A stretch of DNA of 64,000 nt, from positions 192,001 through 256,000 of the forward strand of contig CBDCQT010000012.1 of the NCBI GenBank assembly GCA_965220745.1, read 5' to 3'. The first letter of the stretch is position 1; every line of letters begins with the position of its first letter. This document shows, piece by piece, positions 1-9,684 of this stretch. The stretch comes from Alphaproteobacteria bacterium (GTDB taxonomy: Bacteria; Pseudomonadota; Alphaproteobacteria; UBA828). The notes beneath the pieces are model-generated. The model was given only the letters and a program-made list of their open reading frames with translations. It was not told the DNA's origin and ran no database searches. Position numbers and translations under genes: made by a program.

Positions 1-200
1 GGGAACACGAAGAGCCCAACGGGCACCACCACGAAGTACGAAATCTCTTGCTCGATCATCGCTCCGCACCCGACGACGATCAGCAGGCAATAGAGAATCG
101 CCCACAGGCAGGCGCGAAGGTTTGAGCGGTCGATCAAGACGGATATCCCGAACCCCGTGGCCAACGCATTCAATCGGCAGCCATCTGGCCGGTCAAGCAT
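1..200 (-). CDS. Partial (runs off the window) putative membrane protein, N-terminal part
   Basis: Open minus frame from ATG 200 (or TTG 173) to the window edge; hydrophobic stretches LWAILYCLLIVVGCGAMI and ISYFVVVPVGLFVFP. No family recognised. Confidence 0.35.
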   Translation of the reverse strand, partial: MLDRPDGCRLNALATGFGISVLIDRSNLRACLWAILYCLLIVVGCGAMIEQEISYFVVVPVGLFVF

Positions 201-337
201 GCGGGCGGCAGCGGCTCACGGTCGGAGATCACGGCTATCAGGCCCGCGCGTTCGTCTGCCGTGACCTGCCGTGATAGGGTTTCTGCGGTCCATCGGGCGC
301 ACGTGCCGCCGGTCTCGGGGCAGGGAGGGGATGGCTC

Positions 338-1687
338 ATGGAGGGACTGGAGCGCTACCTCAAGCTCGATGAAGGGCTGATCAGCCGCAAGATCTTCTTC
401 GACCCGGAGATCTACCAGCTAGAGCTCGAGCGCATCTTCGCGCGCTGCTGGCTGTTCCTTGGGCACGAGTCCCACATTCCCGAGCCCGGCGACTACATGA
501 CGTCCTACATGGGCGAGGATCCCGTCCTCATCTGCCGGGGCGACGACGGGGCGATTCGCGCGTTCCTCAATTCATGCCGCCACCGGGGCATGCGGGTCTG
601 CCGGGCGGACCGCGGCAACGCGCGCCAGTTCACCTGCAGCTTTCACGGCTGGACCTACGCCAACACGGGCAGGCTCAAGGGCGTGCCGCTGGAACGGGAT
701 GCCTATGGCGACCGCCTCGACCGGGACCGCTGGGGCCTGCTCGAGGTGCCCAAGCTGGCGGTCTATGGCGGCATGATCTTCGGCAACTGGGACGCCGGCG
801 CCGACAGCCTCGATGACTTTCTCGGCGATCTTCGCTGGTATCTGGATGTGATGATCGAGCGCCACGTCGGCGGGATCGAGTTCGTTCCCGGCGTTCAGCG
901 CTACTCCCTCAACGCCAACTGGAAGATCGCGAGCGAGAACTTCACGGGCGACACCTACCATCTGCCCTACTCGCACGGGTCGATGTACAAGCTCGACATC
1001 CCGCAAATCAATCCGGCCAACCCGAGCTTCCGCGGCAAGGAGGACGAGTACTTCAACATCGGCCTCGACAACGGCCACGGCATGACGGGGATCGTCTTCG
1101 GCGGCGAGCGCTACGACGTCGACCGCAAGCTCGCCGAGTCCTACGGGCCGGAGGTGGTCGAGTACGTCGAGGAGTGCCAGCAGCGGCTCGTCAAGGCGTT
1201 TCCCAAGCACCAGGCCGGCCTCTACGCGCTCTCGTTCAGCAACATGTTCCCCAATCTCTCGTTCAACGACTTCAGCGCGCTGCGGCCGATCGGGTTCTAC
1301 CTCTGGATCCCCAAGGGGCCAGACCGTTTGGAAGCCTGGAACTGGTGCGCGGTGGATCGCGATGCGCCACGAGTGATCAAGGAGCAAGCGCGGGTCGACT
1401 TCACCCGCATCCAGGCGGTCAGCGGGATCGCCGCGCAGGACGATACAGAGAACTTCGAGCAGGTGACCGAGGCCACCCGCGGCGTGGTGGGTCAGCGGCT
1501 GGACTTCAACTATCAGATGAATGTGGGCCAGCCGTTGCTGGATGGACCCGAGGGCTGCCCCGGGCGCTTCTCGCCCTACATCTCGGAGACCAATCAACTG
1601 AACTTCTACCAGCACTGGGCGGCGCTGCTTGATGCGCCGTGGTCCGGGCGGTCTCGTGGTCGACGCCGCGCTGCAGCACCGCGTTGA
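338..1687 (+). CDS. Rieske aromatic ring-hydroxylating oxygenase, alpha subunit
   Basis: Rieske motif CRHRG...CSFHGW; mononuclear Fe ligands in [14 protein letters not shown] and QDDTENFE; GGAGGGG RBS upstream. Confidence 0.95.
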   Translation: MEGLERYLKLDEGLISRKIFFDPEIYQLELERIFARCWLFLGHESHIPEPGDYMTSYMGEDPVLICRGDDGAIRAFLNSCRHRGMRVCRADRGNARQFTCSFHGWTYANTGRLKGVPLERDAYGDRLDRDRWGLLEVPKLAVYGGMIFGNWDAGADSLDDFLGDLRWYLDVMIERHVGGIEFVPGVQRYSLNANWKIASENFTGDTYHLPYSHGSMYKLDIPQINPANPSFRGKEDEYFNIGLDNGHGMTGIVFGGERYDVDRKLAESYGPEVVEYVEECQQRLVKAFPKHQAGLYALSFSNMFPNLSFNDFSALRPIGFYLWIPKGPDRLEAWNWCAVDRDAPRVIKEQARVDFTRIQAVSGIAAQDDTENFEQVTEATRGVVGQRLDFNYQMNVGQPLLDGPEGCPGRFSPYISETNQLNFYQHWAALLDAPWSGRSRGRRRAAAPR

Positions 1688-2153
1688 GCAGTTCCTTTAC
1701 CGCGAGGTTCGCCTGCTGAGCGAGCTTCGCCTCGAGGAATGGCTCGAGCTCTTCACCGACGACGCCCGCTACTGGATGCCCGCGCGCGAGACGGTGGACG
1801 GGCAATCCGACGCCGTGGCCGCCGATGGCGAAATGGCCTTCTTCGACGACGACAAGGCCTTTCTCGCCGCCCGGATCGAGCGCCTGCGCTCCTCGCTGGC
1901 CCATGCGGAACAGCCGCCTTCTCGGATGCGCTATTTCGTCTCGAACGTGGAGATCGAGGAGGCGGACGATGACGAGCTCGACGTGCGCTGCAACCTGCTC
2001 GTCTACCAGTCGCGCCTGGAGCGCACGGAAGTGCTGTATGTCGGGCGCCGCGAGGACCGTCTTCGCCCTGACGGCGGCTCGTGGCGCATCGCGCAGCGCA
2101 AGGTTATCCTCGACCAGACGCTGATCCCTCGGACCATGTCGACGTTTTTCTGA
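1656..2153 (+). CDS. Ring-hydroxylating oxygenase, beta subunit
   Basis: [12 protein letters not shown]...[24 protein letters not shown] and GRREDRLR...[12 protein letters not shown] pattern; overlaps the alpha subunit 3' end. Start uncertain (GTG 1656 or ATG 1632). Confidence 0.92.
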   Translation: MVDAALQHRVEQFLYREVRLLSELRLEEWLELFTDDARYWMPARETVDGQSDAVAADGEMAFFDDDKAFLAARIERLRSSLAHAEQPPSRMRYFVSNVEIEEADDDELDVRCNLLVYQSRLERTEVLYVGRREDRLRPDGGSWRIAQRKVILDQTLIPRTMSTFF

Positions 2154-2194
2154 TGTCCAGCTCATAGCGCCGCAGTGCCTTAGTGGAGTAGCTC

Positions 2195-4261
2195 ATGCCC
2201 CGCGATCCCCGTTTCGACGTTCTTTTCGAGCCCGTCCAACTCGGCCCCGTAACGGCGCGCAACCGCTTCTTCCAAGTGCCGCACTGCAGCGGCATGGGCC
2301 ACCTGCTGCCGCGCTCCGATGCTGCCATGCGAAGCATGAAGGCCGAGGGCGGATGGGCCGTGGTCTGCACCGAGCAGTGCTCGTTCCACCCCCATGCCGA
2401 GGCAGCCCCCTATCCCGAGACGAAGCTTTGGGACCAAGACGACGTCATCCGCATGCGGCATTGGACCGATACGATCCACGCCCACGGCGCGCTCGCCGGC
2501 ACCGAAATCGTCAGCAATGCCTCTGCGCTCGCCAACTACTACAGCCGCGAGATCCCGCTCGGGCCGTCGCACACGCCGGTGACCTACAGCCCCGATCCGG
2601 TGCAGGCGCGCGCCATGGACCTGGACGACATCCGCGAGTTTCGCCGCTGGCACCGCGACGGGATGTTGCGGGCCAGGGATGCGGGCTTCGATCTGGTCTA
2701 CGTCTATTGCGCCCATGACATCGCCATGCCGATGGATTTCCTCTCCCGGCGCCGCAACCGGCGGACGGACGAGTACGGCGGCCCTTTGGAGAACCGTGTG
2801 CGGCTCCTGCGCGAGCTGCTTGAAGACACCGTGGAAGCCGTGGGCGGCAGCATGGCGATCGGGCTCCGGTTCGCCACCGACGAGCTCCTGGGCAAGGACG
2901 GTATCACCTGGGAGGACGAGGGCTGCAAGGTGGTCGAGATGCTCGCCGACCTGCCCGATTTCTGGGATGTGAACGTCAGCGACTGGACCCACGATTCCGC
3001 GAGCTCGCGCTTCACCTCGGAGGGCTATCAGGAGCCTTACATCGCGTTCGTGAAGGGCATTGTGAAGAAGCCCGTCATCACCGTCGGTCGCTACACCTCG
3101 CCCGAGACCATGCTTTCGCTGATCACGCGGGGGATTGCCGACTTCGTCGGCTGCGCCCGTCCGTCGATCGCCGATCCCTTCATCCCCCGCAAGATCGAGG
3201 AAGGGCGGCTCGACGACATCCGCGAATGCATTGGCTGCAATATCTGCGTGACCGGGCAACACATGAAGACCCCCATGCGTTGCACGCAGAACCCGACCGT
3301 GGGCGAGGAGTGGCGCCGCGGCTGGCATCCGGAGAAGATCAAACCCAAGGGCTCCGACTCATCGGTGCTCGTGGTGGGCGCCGGGCCGGCGGGCCTGGAA
3401 TGCGCGCTCGCGCTGGGGCAACGCGGTTACCAGGTCGGGCTCGCCGAGGCCTCGCGCGAGCTGGGCGGGCGTGTCACCCACGAAGCCGCTTTGCCCGGCC
3501 TCTCCGAATGGGCGCGCGTGCGCGACTACCGCACCTATCAGATCGAGAAGCTGCACGAGTTAGTCGAGGTCTTCCGCGAGAGCGAGATGACGGCCGAGAC
3601 GGTGCTCGAAGCCGGCTACCGGCACGTCGCCGTCGCCACCGGTGCCCGCTGGCGCCAGGACGGCATCGGCCGCACGCATACGGCAGCATCGATTCCGGGC
3701 AGCGATGCCGCGCATGTGCTCACACCCGACGACCTCTTCGCCGGCGCCGCGCCGGCGTCCCCGGTCGTGGTGTTCGATGACGATTGCCACTACATGGGTG
3801 GCTCGATCGCGGAGAAACTGGCCAATGACGGCCTCGCAGTCATTCTCGTGACACCCTCGCCGGTGGTCTCCGCCTGGGCCGAGGAGGCCCTCGAGCAGCA
3901 CGGAATTCAGACCAACCTGGTCAAGATCGGCGTGCAGATCGTCACCAGCCAAAGCCTGACACGGATCGACGCGGGTGGCGTGCAGGTGGAGGGAGTCTAC
4001 GGCGAGGGCGCGCGGACCATCGAGTGCGCCTCCGTCGTGATGGTGACATCGAGGCTGCCGAACGATGCCCTCTACTACGCGCTCAAGGATTCGCCGGAGC
4101 GCCTCGCGGATGCCGGCATCCAATCGGTCAAGCGGATCGGCGATGCCCTCGGCCCCGGACTGATTGCCGCCGCCGTGTGGAGCGGCCACCGCTTCGCCCG
4201 CGAGCTCGACGCGCCGCCGCCCGGCGACGTTCCGTTCAAGCGCGAGCTGGTGGTTGTGTAG
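2195..4261 (+). CDS. Histamine/trimethylamine dehydrogenase-family iron-sulfur flavoprotein (paralogue 1, histamine-dehydrogenase-like)
   Basis: NRFFQVPHC (Cys for 6-S-cysteinyl-FMN), KAEGGWAVVCTEQ, YVYCAH, [4Fe-4S] motif ECIGCNIC...RCTQNP, dinucleotide motif VVGAGPAG. Confidence 0.92.
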   Translation: MPRDPRFDVLFEPVQLGPVTARNRFFQVPHCSGMGHLLPRSDAAMRSMKAEGGWAVVCTEQCSFHPHAEAAPYPETKLWDQDDVIRMRHWTDTIHAHGALAGTEIVSNASALANYYSREIPLGPSHTPVTYSPDPVQARAMDLDDIREFRRWHRDGMLRARDAGFDLVYVYCAHDIAMPMDFLSRRRNRRTDEYGGPLENRVRLLRELLEDTVEAVGGSMAIGLRFATDELLGKDGITWEDEGCKVVEMLADLPDFWDVNVSDWTHDSASSRFTSEGYQEPYIAFVKGIVKKPVITVGRYTSPETMLSLITRGIADFVGCARPSIADPFIPRKIEEGRLDDIRECIGCNICVTGQHMKTPMRCTQNPTVGEEWRRGWHPEKIKPKGSDSSVLVVGAGPAGLECALALGQRGYQVGLAEASRELGGRVTHEAALPGLSEWARVRDYRTYQIEKLHELVEVFRESEMTAETVLEAGYRHVAVATGARWRQDGIGRTHTAASIPGSDAAHVLTPDDLFAGAAPASPVVVFDDDCHYMGGSIAEKLANDGLAVILVTPSPVVSAWAEEALEQHGIQTNLVKIGVQIVTSQSLTRIDAGGVQVEGVYGEGARTIECASVVMVTSRLPNDALYYALKDSPERLADAGIQSVKRIGDALGPGLIAAAVWSGHRFARELDAPPPGDVPFKRELVVV

Positions 4262-4403
4262 TGCAGATGAGCCGTGCCGGCCGTGCCCAGCGGGCGCAGT
4301 CGTGGCAACATGAACCTGAAACTTGTGGAACCCGCATCGCGTCCAGGCCGCGCTGCGGGGTAGCGCCATGGGAACGGTCTGGATGCAAAATGGGGAGATT
4401 TCG

Positions 4404-5801
4404 ATGATGAACAGGCCGATACATCAACGCGTAAAGGCGCTGGCTCTTGCTGGTGCCCTGGTGGTGGGCGCCGCCGGGGGCTTAGCGTCGACGGAGGCGT
4501 CGGCGTGGTCGCTGGAGGAAGCCGCCAAGCCTTACGCCGGCACCGAGGTCCGGGGTATCTGCGACGGCTATTCCCCCTGCCTCGCCTACACCGAAATGGC
4601 CAAGAAGTTCGAGGAGCTGACGGGAATCAAGGTGCTCCTGGAAGTCGCCGATCTCGAAGCGGTCTGGCGCCAGGTGCTGGCCGATCAGCTGACGGGCGGG
4701 GAGTACTACGACATCTTTCCCGCCGCCAACAACCAGACCGTGGCCTTCGCCGCACCGGGCTTCACCAGCGACCTCAACCAATTCATGAACGATCCTGCGC
4801 TGCGCGATCCCGCCGTCAAGGTCGAGGACTTCGTTCAGGCCCACTTCGAGATCTCGGGCTACTACAACGACGCGCTCGTCTCCGTGCCCTACCACTACCT
4901 GCCGCCATATGCGGCGTATCGGACGAGCCTCGCCAACGACCCTACCGAGCAGGCCAATTTCGAGGCGGCCTACGGCTACGCCATGCCGCTGCCGCCCACG
5001 ACCTGGGAGGAGTTCCGCGACCTTGCCGAGTTCTTTACTCGGGAGAAGGGCGAGACGCTGGCGGGCGAGACCCTCGAATCCAACTTCTACGGCACGATCG
5101 CGGCGTTCAAGCGTCACCTCACGGTCTACTACGACTATGAGCGCATCCTGCTTGCGATGGGCGGCGAGTATGTGGATGCGGACCTGAACGTTGCCATCGA
5201 CAGGGACGACACCGCCGTCAGGGCGCTGCAACTCATGCTCGACCTGCGCCAGTTCGCGCCGCCCGGCCATACCGAGGCGACGTGGGACACCGAGTATTCC
5301 GAGATGTGCAGCGGCAACGTGTTCATGATCTTCACCTGGGGAGACACGACGCCCTATCTCGAGATTCCCGGCGACTGCCCCGCGTCGGCGGGCGACATGA
5401 CCTATTTCGTCCACCCGGGGAATCACGTGACGGCGGCCTACGGGCAGTCGTGGATGATCCCCAAGAGCGCACAGAACAAGGAAGCGGCCTGGCTCTTCGT
5501 TCAATGGCTGCTGACGAAGGAAATCCAGAACGAATGTCTGCCGCTCGGTTGCCTCGCCGTCCGCAGCGACGTTCTTGCCGACCCGCGTTGGGAAGACGAG
5601 GCCTGGGAGAACCGCCAGCGCGAGGCTATCCACATCTGGCTGGACGAGAACGGCCTGCTCTACGAGCTGCCCAACACGCCGAACTGGTTCGTGTGGCAGG
5701 ACATCATCATTGAGGAGCTGAGCGCAGCCGGTGCCGACCAGAAAGACGCGGCATCGACCATCGCCGACATCGCCTCACGCATGCGCGAGGCGGTCGAATA
5801 A
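4404..5801 (+). CDS. Extracellular solute-binding protein (carbohydrate/SBP_bac_1-like), no permease adjacent
   Basis: Signal peptide ending ASA-WS; AAKPYAGTEV, FEELTGIKV, PPTTWEEFRDLAEFF and SAQNKEAAWLFVQW motifs; ATG 4404 follows a GGGGAG RBS. Confidence 0.85.
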   Translation: MMNRPIHQRVKALALAGALVVGAAGGLASTEASAWSLEEAAKPYAGTEVRGICDGYSPCLAYTEMAKKFEELTGIKVLLEVADLEAVWRQVLADQLTGGEYYDIFPAANNQTVAFAAPGFTSDLNQFMNDPALRDPAVKVEDFVQAHFEISGYYNDALVSVPYHYLPPYAAYRTSLANDPTEQANFEAAYGYAMPLPPTTWEEFRDLAEFFTREKGETLAGETLESNFYGTIAAFKRHLTVYYDYERILLAMGGEYVDADLNVAIDRDDTAVRALQLMLDLRQFAPPGHTEATWDTEYSEMCSGNVFMIFTWGDTTPYLEIPGDCPASAGDMTYFVHPGNHVTAAYGQSWMIPKSAQNKEAAWLFVQWLLTKEIQNECLPLGCLAVRSDVLADPRWEDEAWENRQREAIHIWLDENGLLYELPNTPNWFVWQDIIIEELSAAGADQKDAASTIADIASRMREAVE

Positions 5802-5815
5802 CAAGCCTGCGAGAG

Positions 5816-5846
5816 CGATGGCCCCGCCACGGGTGCGGGGCCATCG
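5816..5846. terminator. Stem-loop between convergent genes, probable intrinsic terminator
   Basis: CGATGGCCCCGC ... GCGGGGCCATCG, a 12-bp stem followed by TTCTCAGTTT. Confidence 0.65.
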
Positions 5847-5882
5847 TTCTCAGTTTACCGTGGTCCCGGTGAGAATTGCGGG

Positions 5883-6785
5883 TCAGTGCCGGCTCGACTC
5901 GCCAAGTACCGCCGTCTTGAAGAGCGTGCTGTCGTCAACATACTCGCCGCCCTCTGACACTGCCGGCATGACGTCGCGGTAGCGATCCTCCAGCACGATG
6001 TGAGGATCGTGCCCCTCGACCCATCCCAGGAATATGTCGTGCAGGTGGTAGCCAATCAGGTGCTGCACGTCTTCGCGCAGGTCTTTTGCCACGGCCGGAG
6101 GGACGGCGAGGTACTGGTTCTCCTCCTGACGCAACCATCCCAGGCTGTAGCCGGTAATCGCGCCGGTGCGCCACTCGTCCTCGGTATTGTTCCGGCCACC
6201 GCCGTGATAGACCGAGCCCAGATAGATCAGGCACGAGCCGCGCGGCATGGCGGCATAGGCTCTCGGGGTGTCGTCGTCGGGATAGGTGTCGTCGTCCCAG
6301 ACATGGCTTCCCAGAACCACGTTGGTGGCGCCGTTCTCGTATGTGAAGTCGGTGAGCGCCCACATCGTGTTGCACAGGCATTGCGGCCCAGGATGGCGGA
6401 AGGGCATCAGTGCGTCGTCGCGGTGGATGATCTGCAGTCCCTGACCGGGGCCGATCCGCACCGCCTGGGTGACGTGAAGCTGGTAGCGTTCGCAGCGCGG
6501 CAGCAGAAGGCGGTCCATCACGCCAAGGATCTGCGGGCACGTGGCAAGCTCTTCGCCGTAGCTCTTGGACTTCGCGACCAGGGAGCTGACCCGCTTCGTC
6601 TTGTTCCCCCAGAACTCGCCCTCACCGTAGTAGGCGCGTGACAGGAAGGGCTCGAGCTCGGTATTGACTCTGTCGATCGCCTCGTCATCGACGACCTGGC
6701 GGTAGATGACGGCACCATCCTCTTCGAGGATCGCCATCGCCTCGTCGGCCGACGCATGCCGGTCGATGGAACGCACTGTGTCCAT
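5883..6785 (-). CDS. Phytanoyl-CoA dioxygenase (PhyH) family Fe(II)/2-oxoglutarate dioxygenase
   Basis: HRDD (HxD) ... YHGGG facial triad; WALTDFTYENGAT and GWLRQEENQYL motifs. Confidence 0.9.
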   Translation of the reverse strand: MDTVRSIDRHASADEAMAILEEDGAVIYRQVVDDEAIDRVNTELEPFLSRAYYGEGEFWGNKTKRVSSLVAKSKSYGEELATCPQILGVMDRLLLPRCERYQLHVTQAVRIGPGQGLQIIHRDDALMPFRHPGPQCLCNTMWALTDFTYENGATNVVLGSHVWDDDTYPDDDTPRAYAAMPRGSCLIYLGSVYHGGGRNNTEDEWRTGAITGYSLGWLRQEENQYLAVPPAVAKDLREDVQHLIGYHLHDIFLGWVEGHDPHIVLEDRYRDVMPAVSEGGEYVDDSTLFKTAVLGESSRH

Positions 6786-6998
6786 GGTTGCCTCTCTCTG
6801 CTCGGTTGGACGATTCTAGCCCGGAACATTTGCCACGGTCACGGCCTGCTGGACCGGCGCTCGAGGGCGCGCGGCGGCTTCAGGCAGTTGGGCTACGGCA
6901 AGGACGAGGCGCACCACGCGCCGGAGAAGTTCAGCGAATACAAGAAAACACCTGGATCAAGCCATCGGGCGGACCGCGCCAGCAAATTCCCCTCTCGA

Positions 6999-9077
6999 TC
7001 AAGCGACCGCGCTTTCGAGACGAACGTACTCCACCTTGTAGGGCACGTCGGCGATGGCGCCTGCATCGAGCTCACGGGCGAACCGGTGACCCTCGTAGAC
7101 CGCGTGCTGGATCGTGCCGGCCGCCACGCAGTCGCCGACGCGGGCGAGCGTGGTAATCCCGGCCTTCTCCAGCTTGTCCGGTTCCGCCGCAAGCTCCCGG
7201 TAGAGCGTGTCGTTCGGCAGGCGCGAGGTGGCGAGAACGAGAGACTGATAGCCGAGATGCTGTCGCTTCTCCTCGTGATAGACGTTGTAGATCTCGATGC
7301 TGTTGTCGCCGATGTGGGCGATGTTTTGATCGGTGATCAGCTCGATCCCCATGGAGAGGACCTGGCTCATGATCTTCTCCATCTCCAGGGTGTACTCCGA
7401 CCAGCGCGAGAGCTCCATCAGTGGGGTGACGATGGTCACCTCGTGACCTGCGGCCCGGAGCTTCTCGGCAATGACGCCGCCCATGTAGTAGTGATCGTCG
7501 TCGAACACGACGATGGGACCCTCCAGCGCCTTCCCGTCCATCACGTCATCGGGGGTGAAGACCTTCTTGCCGTCGCTCCCCGGGATCGCATGCGTGTTGG
7601 TGTAGGCGGCGCCGTCGCCGCGCCAGTGCGAGCCGGTCGCGATGACCACGGTCTCGGCGCCGTAGTCGAGCACGTCCTGCATCGATAGGCGCGAGCCCGT
7701 GTGCACCTCGACATTCTTCATCTTCGCGATCTGGCCGACGCGGTAATCGCGCACGCGGCCCCATGCGGCGAGGCCCGGCAGCGCGCTCTCGCGCGACACG
7801 CGTCCGCCCATGTCGGCCTCCGCCTCGACGAGGTGAACCGTGTAGCCCCGCTCTCCGAGCGCGCGTGCACATTCCAACCCGGCCGGGCCGGCGCCGACGA
7901 TGAGTACGCCGTTGTCGGACCCCTTCGCCTCGATCGTCTCCGGGTGCCAGCCACGCCGCCACTCCTCGCCTGCGGTCGGGTTCTGCGTGCAGCGGAACAG
8001 GCTCCCCGTGTTCTCCGAGGCCACGCACATGTTGCAGCCGATACACTCGCGGATGTCGTCGTTCCGTCCCTCTTCGATCTTCTTCGGCAGGAAGGGATCG
8101 GCGATCGAGGGGCGCGCCGCGCCGATGAAGTCCGTGATCCCGCGACCGATCTGGGAGATCATCGTATCCGGCGAGGTGTAGCGCCCGACCGTCACGACCG
8201 GCTTGTCCGTCTTCTGCTTGACGAAGGCGACGTAGGGCTCCTGGAAGGCCTCGTCGGTGAACCGCGACGTGGCGGAATCGTAGGCCCAGTCGCTGATGTT
8301 CACGTCCCAGAGATCGGGCAGGTCGGAGAACATCTCGACCACGGCCTGGCCTTCCTCCTGCCAGGTGATGCCGTGCTCGCCCCGGTTCTCGTCGACCGCG
8401 AATCTCAATGCGACCGCCGCCCGGTCGCCGACGGCCTCCTTGGTGTCCTCCAGAAGCTCGCCGATCAGGCGGGCGCGGTTCTCGACGCTGCCGCCGTACT
8501 CGTCGGTGCGGTGATTGGTGTGGGGCGAGAGAAAGTGCTGCGGCAGAGCGATATCGTGGCCCGCATAGATGTAGACGATGTCGTAGCCCACGTTGACCGC
8601 GCGTTTCGCGGCTTCGACTTGCCAGCGCCGGAACTCGCGAATGTCGGCCTTGTCCATCTCGCGGCCCATGATGGGATCCCAGTTGTAGTGCACCATGTTG
8701 GGCGAGGGACCCAACGGGAACTCCTTCGTCTTGCGGTTGGAGAAGCCGAGCCCGTTATGGACCAGCTCCACGGCGGCGAGCGCACCGTACTCGTGCATGG
8801 TGTCCACCCAGCCGCGAAGCTGCTCCGCGTACTCGTCGTTCCAGAGCCGGCGTTCGCCGTAAGGGGCGGCGCAGGAGCTTGGATGGATGCTGCATTGCTC
8901 CGTGCAAATGACGGCCCAGCCGCCTTCGGCCTTCATGCGCCGATGCGCGACATCGCCGTGGTGCTCGCCGTACCCCATCGCATTGCAGTGGGGCACTTGA
9001 TAGAAGCGGTTCTTGGCGATCTTCGGGCCGATCTTGATCGGCGTGAACAGGATGTCGTAACGGGGATCGCGGGCCAT
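6999..9077 (-). CDS. Histamine/trimethylamine dehydrogenase-family iron-sulfur flavoprotein (paralogue 2, histamine-dehydrogenase-like)
   Basis: MARDPRYDILF start at ATG 9077 after GGGAGG; VPHC, CTEQC, YIYAGH, ECIGCNMC...RCTQNP, GAGPAG. Confidence 0.92.
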   Translation of the reverse strand: MARDPRYDILFTPIKIGPKIAKNRFYQVPHCNAMGYGEHHGDVAHRRMKAEGGWAVICTEQCSIHPSSCAAPYGERRLWNDEYAEQLRGWVDTMHEYGALAAVELVHNGLGFSNRKTKEFPLGPSPNMVHYNWDPIMGREMDKADIREFRRWQVEAAKRAVNVGYDIVYIYAGHDIALPQHFLSPHTNHRTDEYGGSVENRARLIGELLEDTKEAVGDRAAVALRFAVDENRGEHGITWQEEGQAVVEMFSDLPDLWDVNISDWAYDSATSRFTDEAFQEPYVAFVKQKTDKPVVTVGRYTSPDTMISQIGRGITDFIGAARPSIADPFLPKKIEEGRNDDIRECIGCNMCVASENTGSLFRCTQNPTAGEEWRRGWHPETIEAKGSDNGVLIVGAGPAGLECARALGERGYTVHLVEAEADMGGRVSRESALPGLAAWGRVRDYRVGQIAKMKNVEVHTGSRLSMQDVLDYGAETVVIATGSHWRGDGAAYTNTHAIPGSDGKKVFTPDDVMDGKALEGPIVVFDDDHYYMGGVIAEKLRAAGHEVTIVTPLMELSRWSEYTLEMEKIMSQVLSMGIELITDQNIAHIGDNSIEIYNVYHEEKRQHLGYQSLVLATSRLPNDTLYRELAAEPDKLEKAGITTLARVGDCVAAGTIQHAVYEGHRFARELDAGAIADVPYKVEYVRLESAVA

Positions 9078-9211
9078 TGTTGCCTCCCTGCACCGTATTT
9101 GGGCAGCGCCTCGGCGGCGCGCCCTCATGCATGCACCGAACGACCAGCCAACAGCGAGCGCGCCACGCGCGTGAGCGCACGGCGCAGCGCCGCCGGGATG
9201 TGAGAGCCCGC

Positions 9212-9592
9212 CTAGGCGGCGAGCTGCTCGGACTCGGGATCGTGAATGAAGAAAACCTTGCGGACGGTCTCCTCGATCACCCAGGTCACCTTCTCGCCTT
9301 TGTTCGTGTAGAAGATGTCACCGGCGGTATAGGTGTGGGTGGTGCCGTCCTGTTCGGTCACGTGGATTTTGCCCTTGAGCAGGGTGCAGATCTCGTCGCC
9401 CGGATAGGTGTATTCGAAACTGCCCGGCGTGCACTGCCAGACACCTGCCATCGTGCGCATGCCGAAGCCGCCCAGATCGAAACGCCCCTCGTGCACCGGG
9501 TTCCCGTCGAGAACGTTCACGAACGGCAGCTCCTCCAGCGGCGGCCACGGCTCGAGCCCGCCCTCGTCCTTCAGCGTCACATAGTCGAGCAT
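9212..9592 (-). CDS. Cupin domain protein (DUF861/EutQ-like)
   Basis: AGVWQCTPG...DEICTLLKGKIHV...YTAGDIF...W...ETVRKVF pattern; ATG 9592 after AGGGAGAGGA. Confidence 0.85.
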   Translation of the reverse strand: MLDYVTLKDEGGLEPWPPLEELPFVNVLDGNPVHEGRFDLGGFGMRTMAGVWQCTPGSFEYTYPGDEICTLLKGKIHVTEQDGTTHTYTAGDIFYTNKGEKVTWVIEETVRKVFFIHDPESEQLAA

Positions 9593-9684
9593 CCTCGTTC
9601 TCCTCTCCCTTATCGGCCAGTGAGTTGAGCCATTGTTGACATCGCAGAAGCCTGTCGGCGCGATACTAGGACATTCTTCACCGA

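Noticed and set aside
2195-9077. Paralogues 1 and 2 as the arms of an invertible segment
   Set aside because: Nucleotide identity is patchy with many synonymous differences; an old duplication explains it.
7701-9203. Long antisense ORFs (also 14100-16112, 23846-25780, 40269-42158, 53195-55006, 59064-60701)
   Set aside because: Shadow frames of real genes in GC-rich DNA; no motifs.
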